Of a stretch of DNA of 64,000 bases, positions 18,250 to 26,506 are shown piece by piece. Under the pieces are notes generated by a model. The model did no database searches. It was not told the origin of the DNA and worked only from the letters and a program-made list of their open reading frames with translations. A program made the position numbers and the translations under genes. The DNA is taken from the sequence record NC_005260.1. One strand, 5' to 3'. Position 1 is the first letter of the stretch; each line of letters begins with the position of its first letter.

Positions 18250-18626
18250 TTCTTAGCTCCCATGATGCAATCCGCGTTATCGCTGAATCCCTGATAACTG
18301 GTATTGATCTTCTTCTCTACCAGCTTAGGCTTCTTCGCAACAACGTCTCCTCTCCCAATCATCTTCTCAAGACTAGACACTTTGACATCAAGCTTCGTAT
18401 TAAGCTCTCCAATGCGTTTGCCAAGCGTTTGGCTCTGAGTTGATAGCTCCGTAATGTTCTCCCTCAACTCTTTAGCCAAACGCTCCTGGCCTTCGATTTG
18501 AGTTGATAAACTGGATATCTCTTTCTTCTGATCTTCTATTGTGTCGCTCATATACCAGAAAGCTCCGCAAAGCAGCGCAATTCCAAGTAAACCAGCAGTC
18601 CACTTATTCGCCAATAAACCTAACAT
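18240..18626 (-). CDS. pseT.3: Inner-membrane spanin (Rz-like)
   Basis: N-terminal TM followed by coiled coil; C-terminal Cys residues. Confidence 0.82.
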   Translation of the reverse strand: MLGLLANKWTAGLLGIALLCGAFWYMSDTIEDQKKEISSLSTQIEGQERLAKELRENITELSTQSQTLGKRIGELNTKLDVKVSSLEKMIGRGDVVAKKPKLVEKKINTSYQGFSDNADCIMGAKKCK

Positions 18627-19098
18627 ATTTCTCCCTATGTCTCATGATTTTATGAACATGTTCACTACTATTTACGAACGACTGAATCGTTTCTTTTGTA
18701 TGAATTTCGAGCACACCGGTAACAAAGTCCTTGATATAGAACTTACCTTTATAACGGTAAATGTGATAGGCATTGCGGCAATTTAGGATATAATGACGTT
18801 TGCCTTTATAGAAAGTGCTATCGGTTGACTTGATACAACATGCCTTGATCGGAAACACATCGGTAGCGACTGTAGGATCGATTACCTCAGCTTTCTCATA
18901 ATTAGCCATACACTCGTTCAGCTTTTTAAAGAAGACGCTGGTATCGCATTCTGACGCGCATTCTGACGGTATATCACCATGCACAATAAACGGGTGAATG
19001 GGATTACCTGTGTACTCAACGATGCCGACTTTGTTGATCTTATGCTTGTGTGCTAGATACAACTTGCCGTCTTTGTCAATATCTTTCATGCTAAACAT
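18604..19098 (-). CDS. Hypothetical protein
   Basis: 164-aa ORF with GAGGA RBS. Confidence 0.7.
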   Translation of the reverse strand: MFSMKDIDKDGKLYLAHKHKINKVGIVEYTGNPIHPFIVHGDIPSECASECDTSVFFKKLNECMANYEKAEVIDPTVATDVFPIKACCIKSTDSTFYKGKRHYILNCRNAYHIYRYKGKFYIKDFVTGVLEIHTKETIQSFVNSSEHVHKIMRHREKYVRFIGE

Positions 19099-19128
19099 AC
19101 AAAATTCCTCATAGTTAATGAGCTAACA

Positions 19129-19157
19129 TAATATCATAACTCGGTAAACATTACAAA
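19129..19157 (-). promoter_or_regulatory. Sigma70-type promoter
   Basis: TTGTAA-17-TATTAT with TG extension, just after a terminator. Confidence 0.6.
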
Positions 19158-19159
19158 CC

Positions 19160-19182
19160 AAAAAGGCACCCGGAGGTGCCTT
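19160..19182 (-). terminator. Intrinsic terminator
   Basis: AAGGCACC-TCCG-GGTGCCTTTTT. Confidence 0.85.
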
Positions 19183-19184
19183 AA

Positions 19185-19793
19185 TTAATCTTGCTCTATG
19201 TCTTCAATCATATAACGCGATACGTCATGATCATCATGGTACTGATTTCGCCAAGAGCTAACGATCATCGCTGGCTTGTAGTCGTAAATCATGAAATCGG
19301 CAATCTCTTGATATTGCTCAACTACTTTCACAATCTCTTCCCACTTCCCACCGCCAATACCAGCACCAATTCGCGGCATTAATACCAACGCTTTAACGTC
19401 TTCTTCCTCGGTAGCTTCTTCAATCCGCAACATCATTTCATCGAATGCGCGTTCGAATGCATCTAGCCGAAAATCTGGACCACCGTGAAGTTGTGAATAA
19501 AGATTGAACATCACAACACCGCCACCGATATGAGCAGCACTGAGGGTGCCGAGTTGATTTTTCTCTTTCTCTTCGTCCGTGATGAAATGCGATGCATACT
19601 TGTGATCTACGGCCGCGGCAATTGGATAATTTCTTGCTACTTGAGCAGCGAACCCAGCTCCCATTGCGGCAAAGCAGTTACAACCTTGTGCGACGTAGAC
19701 CTTACCATTTTTATAGCCAGTGTTAGATTGACGCTTTGCGATGATCATGTTAATCACCTCAATCAGATTAGCTTCGACGTAGGTAATACTCAT
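19185..19793 (-). CDS. Macro-domain (Appr-1''-p processing) protein
   Basis: AQGCNCFAAMGAGFA, NLYSQ, MPRIGAGIGGGKW. Confidence 0.88.
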   Translation of the reverse strand: MSITYVEANLIEVINMIIAKRQSNTGYKNGKVYVAQGCNCFAAMGAGFAAQVARNYPIAAAVDHKYASHFITDEEKEKNQLGTLSAAHIGGGVVMFNLYSQLHGGPDFRLDAFERAFDEMMLRIEEATEEEDVKALVLMPRIGAGIGGGKWEEIVKVVEQYQEIADFMIYDYKPAMIVSSWRNQYHDDHDVSRYMIEDIEQD

Positions 19794-19851
19794 TTTTGTT
19801 TCCTTTGATTAGAGATCTGCATCTTACTTGAGTTCAAATATAAAGTCAAAC

Positions 19852-19873
19852 AAAAAGCCTCCCTAGGGAGGCT
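19852..19873 (-). terminator. Intrinsic terminator overlapping the microprotein stop
   Basis: AGCCTCCC-TA-GGGAGGCTTTTT. Confidence 0.75.
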
Positions 19874-19967
19874 CCATATCGTCGTTGCCGCAGAAGGGGC
19901 AACTACCGTCAGACATATCGGCATGAAACAAACTAGCCGAACAACGATTGCATGTATGTACCAGCAT
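19863..19967 (-). CDS. 34-aa CxxC...CxxC zinc-ribbon microprotein
   Basis: MLVHTCNRCSASLFHADMSDGSCPFCGNDDMEPP; AGAGAGGA RBS, late promoter upstream, terminator at the stop. Confidence 0.75.
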   Translation of the reverse strand: MLVHTCNRCSASLFHADMSDGSCPFCGNDDMEPP

Positions 19968-20052
19968 TTTCTTTCCTCTCTTAGATAATGTGTTAACTCA
20001 AACGTCACCCGGCTAATGCCGGTTGTCTATAAAATAGACAATTAATCTTGCT

Positions 20053-20059
20053 TATTTAG
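20053..20059 (-). promoter_or_regulatory. Late promoter CTAAATA
   Basis: Matches heptamer upstream of structural genes. Confidence 0.6.
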
Positions 20060-20062
20060 TGA

Positions 20063-20518
20063 TCAATATTGGTAGAATGCGCGTTCTGTGAACAGACAAC
20101 GATTCTTTTTGTCTACCAGAATATCACGACAACCAAGAAACGATCTCTTTGTGCGCACTGCATTGTTCCAAAGTGCTTTTGGAAACTTATACTCTCGATT
20201 CTTCCCTGTCAATGTCATTTCATTGATGATAACGAGATTCGGAGTTTGACTTGCGAAATGATGGATCGCAGATCCATCTATACAAGCGAAATCCATCATG
20301 TTCTTGGCAATATAGAAACCGATCTGCGTTTTGCCACGCTTGAATCCACGCCACGGCTGGCCGTTTGCAACTTCATATCCCAAAGCAGACATGAAAGCAA
20401 CTAGAGATTCAAGCCGACATTTTATCGCGTCTGCTTGGTGTTCCCTGTTCTTCATAGCATCGGTCGGCTCTTTCCATGAATGTCGATGTTTCCACGGTAC
20501 AAATTCGTAATCGCTCAT
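20063..20518 (-). CDS. Hypothetical protein
   Basis: 151-aa ORF, TAATG coupled. Confidence 0.7.
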   Translation of the reverse strand: MSDYEFVPWKHRHSWKEPTDAMKNREHQADAIKCRLESLVAFMSALGYEVANGQPWRGFKRGKTQIGFYIAKNMMDFACIDGSAIHHFASQTPNLVIINEMTLTGKNREYKFPKALWNNAVRTKRSFLGCRDILVDKKNRCLFTERAFYQY

Positions 20519-21297
20519 TAACCACCCAGTTTATCCAGCTTGTTCTTGATCGTTGCAATGCCGTTGGTATAGATCTGCATATTACGCTTGGACATTTCCA
20601 ACTGCTTTGTAATATTGTTCATATGCTGTTCTTCTTGCTGGATGCGTTGCTCGGCATTATTGAGTTCGGCTTGCAGCTTCTTTCGCTCGGCATCAAAGCT
20701 ATCATAGTGGGCAAGGATACGGCGCATAGTGGCGTCAAATACTTGTGCACCAAATTCGCGTTGATACAGCTCGATTGCCCGTTGTGCTTTCTCGATGTCG
20801 ATCCGAACTACTTCTTTGAAGAAGTGTACCTCAGACGGCAGGATGATCGGGTATTTCGGGCTATACTTCGCTTTCTTGTCTCCAATCAACACCTCAACAA
20901 CTGCACTCAGGCTGTTATGATTGACGATTTCGAAAACTTCATCACCGACGATGTTAACGAAATCGGTATTCTCGGAACACTTTACCTTGTACGCATTCTT
21001 GGAGGCTTCGTCCTTGAACTTGTAAGTTTTGCCGATGCCGAGCACAAATGATACTTCGCGTTTGGTAGTAAACTGCTTGGCAGCTTTTACCGAGATCCAC
21101 CCACGCGGAGCAGTCTCACGCTTTTTACCGTCGGCACTGGCCACAGTCATATAAACGCCGTCTTTCTCGTCCAACAGACGGAATTCAAACTCTTTGTTTT
21201 CTTGTATCCACTTCACCAGTTCGAAGTGACGTTTGGTGTCGGTGAACTTATCAAGAACTCGCGGGCTCATTGACTTAATACGATACAGAGTAATCAT
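20518..21297 (-). CDS. Hypothetical protein, paralog family A, C-terminal coiled coil
   Basis: IGKTYKFKDEASKNAY...ILPSEVHFF. Confidence 0.75.
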   Translation of the reverse strand: MITLYRIKSMSPRVLDKFTDTKRHFELVKWIQENKEFEFRLLDEKDGVYMTVASADGKKRETAPRGWISVKAAKQFTTKREVSFVLGIGKTYKFKDEASKNAYKVKCSENTDFVNIVGDEVFEIVNHNSLSAVVEVLIGDKKAKYSPKYPIILPSEVHFFKEVVRIDIEKAQRAIELYQREFGAQVFDATMRRILAHYDSFDAERKKLQAELNNAEQRIQQEEQHMNNITKQLEMSKRNMQIYTNGIATIKNKLDKLGG

Positions 21298-21306
21298 TTT
21301 GTTACC

Positions 21307-21843
21307 TTACTTGAGTTGAGCTTTCATTCCTACTATTTTAGCTTTCATTTCTACGATCTTGGCTTCTTCAATTGCCAATTTCTGTTCTTCTTTCTTGATA
21401 TTCAGTTGGTGTTGAATCCAGCATTTGCGCAGAGCCGACAGTGTGATCTTGGAATCAGGTGCGGTCGGATTGTATTGCTTGAACAGCTCAATTACAGCAC
21501 ACAGTTTGGTGTTTTTGAAATCTTCTTCCATACGAACTTCCGTAGATACGTATTCCATAAAATAGCGCATTTCGGAGTTAGCAATCGCCGTTACTTGTGA
21601 CCCGGTACAAATCGGTTGACCGTTAACGGAGATAGTTTCGGCATTCTCAACAGTAGTACCAACTACAGAAGTAACGCTACCCTTTTCTTGATAACGGGTG
21701 CGGCCTGCTACTACGGTAAAAATGTCATTACCTTCACCGAGATTTGCTGTCAGTTTCGCATTGATACTGTGTGAATCAATAAAACGGCGCTTGGAATCTT
21801 CGTCTTTGAATGTGTATTGCTTGCCAACGATAAAGTTTTGCAT
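21307..21843 (-). CDS. Hypothetical protein, paralog family A
   Basis: VGKQYTFKDEDSK...NSEMRYF...PDSKIT; start re-called at 21843. Confidence 0.75.
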   Translation of the reverse strand: MQNFIVGKQYTFKDEDSKRRFIDSHSINAKLTANLGEGNDIFTVVAGRTRYQEKGSVTSVVGTTVENAETISVNGQPICTGSQVTAIANSEMRYFMEYVSTEVRMEEDFKNTKLCAVIELFKQYNPTAPDSKITLSALRKCWIQHQLNIKKEEQKLAIEEAKIVEMKAKIVGMKAQLK

Positions 21844-21905
21844 TTCATTTTCCTCATTTGTTTTGATAGGGCGATTATCTATCACAATCGCCCCGGTGTC
21901 AATAC

Positions 21906-22415
21906 TTACAGCATTTCTTTTCGCTGTGCCAGAGTCTTGGTCAGAATGTCGATCTTCTCTTCCAGCTCCAGGATGTTCTTGTTGTGCAGATCCCACGATT
22001 TGCGCATATTAACTACTGTGATCTTGGAATCGGGAGTATCCGGATGATAGGACTTGTAAATCGCCATCAGTTTCTCGAAAGAAGTCTTGGCGAATGCTTC
22101 ATCGGGATTAACTTCGACTTTCACTGCCGCTACCTGGAAGTAATTCATTTCAGATTCGCTGATCAGCGTTGCACCGCGATCATTAAAGACTACGTTGCCG
22201 TTTACATCGGTGATGGAAGTCATAACTTCATCGACATTATCGCCTTCGCTGTTGCGAGAGTTGCCATTAATTTCGCCTTCTGTGATGCGAAACACACCGC
22301 CTGCCTTTTGAATTGCTTCGGCAACACCGCGATTGATTCGGTGGGCATCTCGATAGTTTTCCATGCATTCGGTATTTTTGAACTCGTAGTTTGCGCCAAT
22401 TTTCATAACAGTCAT
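21906..22415 (-). CDS. Hypothetical protein, paralog family A
   Basis: IGANYEFKN...ESEMNYF...PDSKIT. Confidence 0.75.
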   Translation of the reverse strand: MTVMKIGANYEFKNTECMENYRDAHRINRGVAEAIQKAGGVFRITEGEINGNSRNSEGDNVDEVMTSITDVNGNVVFNDRGATLISESEMNYFQVAAVKVEVNPDEAFAKTSFEKLMAIYKSYHPDTPDSKITVVNMRKSWDLHNKNILELEEKIDILTKTLAQRKEML

Positions 22416-22441
22416 TTCAATTTCCTCGTTGTTTTCAGTAA

Positions 22442-22470
22442 GACTAAGGTATCAAATCTCGTTTTGTTCG
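22442..22470 (-). promoter_or_regulatory. Possible sigma70-type promoter
   Basis: TTGACG-17-TACCTT. Confidence 0.45.
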
Positions 22471-22476
22471 TCAAGC

Positions 22477-22827
22477 TTAATCTTTAAGAATTTCGATTAA
22501 ACTTATTTCCAGAATTTCAGACTCGCGTCCTGCTTTGAATGCTGCCTTGATTTTTTCGATCAACTTATTCATAGTTGATTGTTCGGCTTCTTCAAAGTAA
22601 ACGTAATCGGATTGAAGAATCGGATTATACGTCATTGTAACACCATTCAGCTTGTCAACGCAACCCTCAATCACGGAGTCAACGACGATAACTGGCTGAT
22701 TCATTACGTTGTGGATCTTGCGATACGCGCTTGTTCCACTCGCTAGACCCAGATTTTCGAAATACTGCTTTTTATGTTCATCGCTAACAAAACGGAGCTG
22801 TTGTCCGTCATAAACTTGTTCTATCAT
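22477..22827 (-). CDS. Hypothetical protein, paralog family A (divergent)
   Basis: DGQQLRFVSDEHKKQY...ILQSDYVYF. Confidence 0.7.
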   Translation of the reverse strand: MIEQVYDGQQLRFVSDEHKKQYFENLGLASGTSAYRKIHNVMNQPVIVVDSVIEGCVDKLNGVTMTYNPILQSDYVYFEEAEQSTMNKLIEKIKAAFKAGRESEILEISLIEILKD

Positions 22828-23018
22828 TGAACTCTCCTTAGATAGTCTTCCAGTTCTCCTGTGACTACTTTGGTGATTTTACGTCCTTGATAGAAGAATG
22901 TCAATATGCTCATGTCTTTTCTTAGCCAAAGACACGGAGTAAACATCACATCTTCTACCAACGATCCCGCTTTTACATCATGGATGTTTTTCAGCAGTCG
23001 AAATTTTAACTTTACCAT
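22824..23018 (-). CDS. Hypothetical protein
   Basis: 64-aa ORF coupled to neighbours. Confidence 0.6.
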   Translation of the reverse strand: MVKLKFRLLKNIHDVKAGSLVEDVMFTPCLWLRKDMSILTFFYQGRKITKVVTGELEDYLRRVQ

Positions 23019-23434
23019 CTTTTATCGCTCGCGTTTGCTTCGCCGATGATAGTTGTCACAATTCCGACCAGCGCCAATACGATGCCAGAAAGAAACGTCA
23101 TAACGGCATATCCAATCGTGTTCATGTGCTTCATACTCTCAGCTTCCATCGCGAACAAAGTTCCGACTGGGTAAGAACTCATTTTCTTGTATGCGAGCGG
23201 ATGATAAGATACATCAAACGTCTTGCTTGTGCGCGGATCTGTGAACTGGCAATAGAAATGCTCGTTCACGCTATGGCGAGATCCTTCTACCCGAGAATAA
23301 CAGCCTTCGATTGGCATATTAACTATCTCTTTATCCATGTTACTGGTAAAGATCATACCTGAGGCGCCGATTGCAAACAACGCGCATCCAACTGCCAGCG
23401 TTTTGATTCCAACTTTTGCCACTATATTGCTCAT
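23012..23434 (-). CDS. Membrane protein (2 TM)
   Basis: N- and C-terminal hydrophobic helices; start re-called at 23434. Confidence 0.7.
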   Translation of the reverse strand: MSNIVAKVGIKTLAVGCALFAIGASGMIFTSNMDKEIVNMPIEGCYSRVEGSRHSVNEHFYCQFTDPRTSKTFDVSYHPLAYKKMSSYPVGTLFAMEAESMKHMNTIGYAVMTFLSGIVLALVGIVTTIIGEANASDKRW

Positions 23435-23464
23435 GATGTTTTCCTCATTAGTTTTGGTACGTAT

Positions 23465-23493
23465 ATCATAGCTCCTGCCGCAGTCAGTGTCAA
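23465..23493 (-). promoter_or_regulatory. Early promoter
   Basis: TTGACA-17-TATGAT followed by ACTAATGAGGAAAACATCATG leader. Confidence 0.8.
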
Positions 23494-23601
23494 TACTATA
23501 GCGAACAAAAGTCCGAATTTTCCGAAGAAATGTACCATAGCGAAACATAGAACGTTAACGGCAATACACATTAAAACTTTTATCATGTTGATTTCCAATA
23601 G

Positions 23602-23624
23602 AAAAATCCCGCCGGAGCGGGATT
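23602..23624 (-). terminator. Intrinsic terminator
   Basis: AATCCCGC-TCCG-GCGGGATTTTT; identical stem at 26475-26497. Confidence 0.85.
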
Positions 23625-23630
23625 ATTAAC

Positions 23631-24686
23631 TTAGATTCCGGTGAAATATTGAACGATTTCAAAATGATCGTCAAAGAAGTTATGACGATTGCGACGTACC
23701 ATATGCATTGGCATCCAGAACACATCGCGAACTTCATCACGCGGTTTTACAACTGGCAGCTTGCCGTCAGCGTCAGGTTGCAGTTCGATATACAGAGCCA
23801 AAGTCGGCTTGCAGATCGGGTAACTACGACCCGGGTAATCGAAAATCTTTTCTTTGCGAACGGATCCACGAATCACGCGCTCTGGTACTTTCAGACGAAC
23901 TTCCTCGCGCAGCTCACGAATAGCACACTCTTTGAAAGTTTCATCTTCGTCCTTGTGGCCACCAGGCAGAGCAAATGCACCAAGACCAGGGAGATTACCA
24001 CGAACAGTCACAAGCAAATGACCATTACAAGTCACTACGGCGTCACCGGTACAACAGTTCAGAGACTGGCGATATGGATACGCTTCCATTTTCTTGAGTT
24101 CTTTTTTGTTGTGCTGGTGTTCTTTCGCCAGGCGATCATACTCTTCTGCTTTCTTGGCCTTGTAGCATTTCAGCCACTCAATCACACCAGGGGTAATGAT
24201 CTCGCTATGCAGACTGGTAAAATCAAATTCTGGCTCAAAGAAAGAATCGCGAATGAAAGTAGCACTGATTGGTTTCCCGTTATGCATCTGACATTCAATT
24301 TCAGTCAGTTCCCAGCCGAAAGTTTCAAGCCACCAACTGTTTTTGTCTTTCTTGTTACCAACCATGGTAATCTTGTCACCAAGTTGTTCGTCTACCGCAT
24401 CGCGGATATCAGCTTGCCAGCGTTCGTTGGTATAGTTGCTGTCGTCCACATAACGGAAGTAAACTTGATTCGGATTCAAGCCGTAATCTTTCATGCCAAC
24501 GCGGAGCATTGCTTCACGTTCAGCAGGACGGAACGGATTTTTCATGTTCGGAAACGCATTCGCAGACCCCAGGATGATGTATACCTTTTGCGCAACGCTC
24601 ATTGCGACGCGAATCATTTCCAGATGGCCAACGTGATTAATTTGGAACCGACCGTTGACAACAGCTTTATCAAATACTTTGTTCAT
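23631..24686 (-). CDS. Bifunctional NMN adenylyltransferase / ADP-ribose pyrophosphatase (NadM-Nudix, NatV-like)
   Basis: GRFQINHVGH HxGH motif, NPF...ER, Nudix box GGHKDEDETFKECAIRELREE, DDH; start re-called at 24686. Confidence 0.9.
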   Translation of the reverse strand: MNKVFDKAVVNGRFQINHVGHLEMIRVAMSVAQKVYIILGSANAFPNMKNPFRPAEREAMLRVGMKDYGLNPNQVYFRYVDDSNYTNERWQADIRDAVDEQLGDKITMVGNKKDKNSWWLETFGWELTEIECQMHNGKPISATFIRDSFFEPEFDFTSLHSEIITPGVIEWLKCYKAKKAEEYDRLAKEHQHNKKELKKMEAYPYRQSLNCCTGDAVVTCNGHLLVTVRGNLPGLGAFALPGGHKDEDETFKECAIRELREEVRLKVPERVIRGSVRKEKIFDYPGRSYPICKPTLALYIELQPDADGKLPVVKPRDEVRDVFWMPMHMVRRNRHNFFDDHFEIVQYFTGI

Positions 24687-24744
24687 TTCCCAAAACTCCT
24701 TTGGTAATGCCACACTCAGAGCGGTGGCTTAACTCATAAACACA

Positions 24745-24969
24745 TTATACACGAATTGCGACATTCATCAAGAGATTTATCGCATCTTTTCTAAAACTAT
24801 CTGGCAGATTGAAACAACAAGTGTCCCAAATGTTATTGCGCAAGATAGAGGTAGTCAAGTTCCGTGCTTCCAGTTTAACAATGTGACAATCGTCACACTG
24901 CCTCACGTATGATCCAAGATACATCACTCCGTCATAGAGCGCAAGCACTATTTCATTTTCTTCAAACAT
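24745..24969 (-). CDS. Hypothetical protein
   Basis: ORF; start re-called. Confidence 0.55.
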   Translation of the reverse strand: MFEENEIVLALYDGVMYLGSYVRQCDDCHIVKLEARNLTTSILRNNIWDTCCFNLPDSFRKDAINLLMNVAIRV

Positions 24970-25159
24970 TATCTTTGTACCAGTAGTAGCTACAGGGGAA
25001 CGTATTCGACTTTGGAACAACGGAAACACCTTTCTCCGTAGTTACCTCTATACAATCTCCCAAGTCTCGTTGGATCACGGCCTGATAGCTATAGCCGCTG
25101 ATTAACACTTTACATGGGTTACCGAGTTTATACTCTTTTAATCCGTATCTTAGACTCAT
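24962..25159 (-). CDS. Hypothetical protein
   Basis: 65-aa ORF coupled to neighbours. Confidence 0.55.
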   Translation of the reverse strand: MSLRYGLKEYKLGNPCKVLISGYSYQAVIQRDLGDCIEVTTEKGVSVVPKSNTFPCSYYWYKDNV

Positions 25160-25416
25160 TGATTTTTACAAACTTCGTTTGCCCTCTCGAACTTAGAATA
25201 ATCTCGGAACGGGTTAGAGATAACGTAAATCGAAACTAACCCGATTCGACTGTGCAGCTCACACAAATGCGGCGGTGGATTACCTTCGATGATTTGATTC
25301 TCTATTCGATTCATCAATTTTTCGGTATCTGGCTTAACTACCCACGCGGCTGCAACGGCACTTGTAGCGAAAGACAGAAGCATGATCAACAGACCGCGAG
25401 TTAAATCATTCATCAA
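25156..25416 (-). CDS. Membrane-anchored Cys protein, family B
   Basis: N-terminal TM, CELH...ANEVCK. Confidence 0.65.
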   Translation of the reverse strand: MMNDLTRGLLIMLLSFATSAVAAAWVVKPDTEKLMNRIENQIIEGNPPPHLCELHSRIGLVSIYVISNPFRDYSKFERANEVCKNQ

Positions 25417-25763
25417 TTCACCTCATTGATACAATAATTATAGATCTCCATATCACGTTTCATTCTACTGGCAAGCTCGGTCCTGAGTGTCAGTTTATAA
25501 CAAGCATTTTTCAGATATACACGATATTGTCCTCTTGCTTCGGACAAAGCCATCGTGTTGCTATCATAAATGTCTTCTTGTTCTCGGTAAGTGATTTGTT
25601 CGTCAACATGGACAAAATCGTCTCGATTTCGAATCACATCACCTTCAAGTCGGATTAACTCAGCAACATACATTTTATCCGTCTGCTTTTCCATGAACAT
25701 GATGCAGGTGCCGATTACGGCGACGATTCCAAGCAAACCAAGATAATGTTTCCACTTATTCAT
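25413..25763 (-). CDS. Membrane-anchored Cys protein, family B
   Basis: N-terminal TM, CYKL...IYNYCI. Confidence 0.65.
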   Translation of the reverse strand: MNKWKHYLGLLGIVAVIGTCIMFMEKQTDKMYVAELIRLEGDVIRNRDDFVHVDEQITYREQEDIYDSNTMALSEARGQYRVYLKNACYKLTLRTELASRMKRDMEIYNYCINEVN

Positions 25764-26184
25764 CCAGATTCACTCCATGAGCCTTACAAATTTTGTTCGC
25801 TTCGATAACGTCTTGCATGAACTTGGTGCCGTCTTTCAGATCGATCTCGGTACGTTCGTCCTGTATGCGATAGATCTTGCATGTATAATAGATCTGGCGG
25901 TGTGAGTTATCAATCAAAGTGCGATTGATTTCCTGAATTTTTTTAAGATTCTCAGGACGCATTACGTCAATCAGCTTGATTTCTTCCTCGTAATACTTTT
26001 TACGTTCTTCTTTCAGATCTGCCTGGCGCTTGATGATCTCGCTAACGGTCTGCATTTCAATTGACCAAACAGTCGGAACATCCATTTCATAATTGATTGC
26101 TCGACGTTCTTGATAAGCAGCACCAGCAATAAACGCGCCACAGAAAATGATTGTTCCCGCCAGTGCTGCTTTGTAGCGTTTCAT
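25756..26184 (-). CDS. Membrane-anchored Cys protein, family B
   Basis: N-terminal TM, CKIY...ANKICK. Confidence 0.65.
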   Translation of the reverse strand: MKRYKAALAGTIIFCGAFIAGAAYQERRAINYEMDVPTVWSIEMQTVSEIIKRQADLKEERKKYYEEEIKLIDVMRPENLKKIQEINRTLIDNSHRQIYYTCKIYRIQDERTEIDLKDGTKFMQDVIEANKICKAHGVNLDE

Positions 26185-26396
26185 TTCAGAGTCTCCAGTT
26201 TAACAGTAGAGAAGATTGCCAGCGCGCCTTGCCCACCAACATCACAATACACGATGTTTGCCAGCTTCATATACATCGGAAACTCTTCCGGGCTATAAAT
26301 CACGTATTCGTCATAACGATTTGCCAACATATAGTTGTCATATTGCTCGATGTTGTCAAACAGAGTGTAACCGATTTTGATCATAAGATCGTGCAT
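26181..26396 (-). CDS. Hypothetical protein
   Basis: Start re-called at 26396 behind the promoter cassette. Confidence 0.65.
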   Translation of the reverse strand: MHDLMIKIGYTLFDNIEQYDNYMLANRYDEYVIYSPEEFPMYMKLANIVYCDVGGQGALAIFSTVKLETLK

Positions 26397-26497
26397 GATA
26401 ATTTCCTCAGTGTTTCGTTTCGATGTGGCTATAATAACAGGACTAGATTTTGATGCAAGCACTTTCTGGAAAATAAAAATCCCGCCGGAGCGGGATT
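26394..26497 (-). promoter_or_regulatory. Terminator + early promoter + RBS cassette
   Basis: Stem-loop, A-tract, TTGCAT-16-TATTAT, leader CATCGAAACGAAACACTGAGGAA..ATG. Confidence 0.85.
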
Positions 26498-26506
26498 CTT
26501 GATTCA

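Noticed and set aside
19790-20008. 72-aa ORF called by the track
   Set aside because: Crosses a terminator and has no RBS; the overlapping 34-aa frame has the promoter, RBS and terminator.
23555-23740. 61-aa minus-strand ORF spanning the natV terminator
   Set aside because: Overlaps the natV end and the terminator; no RBS.
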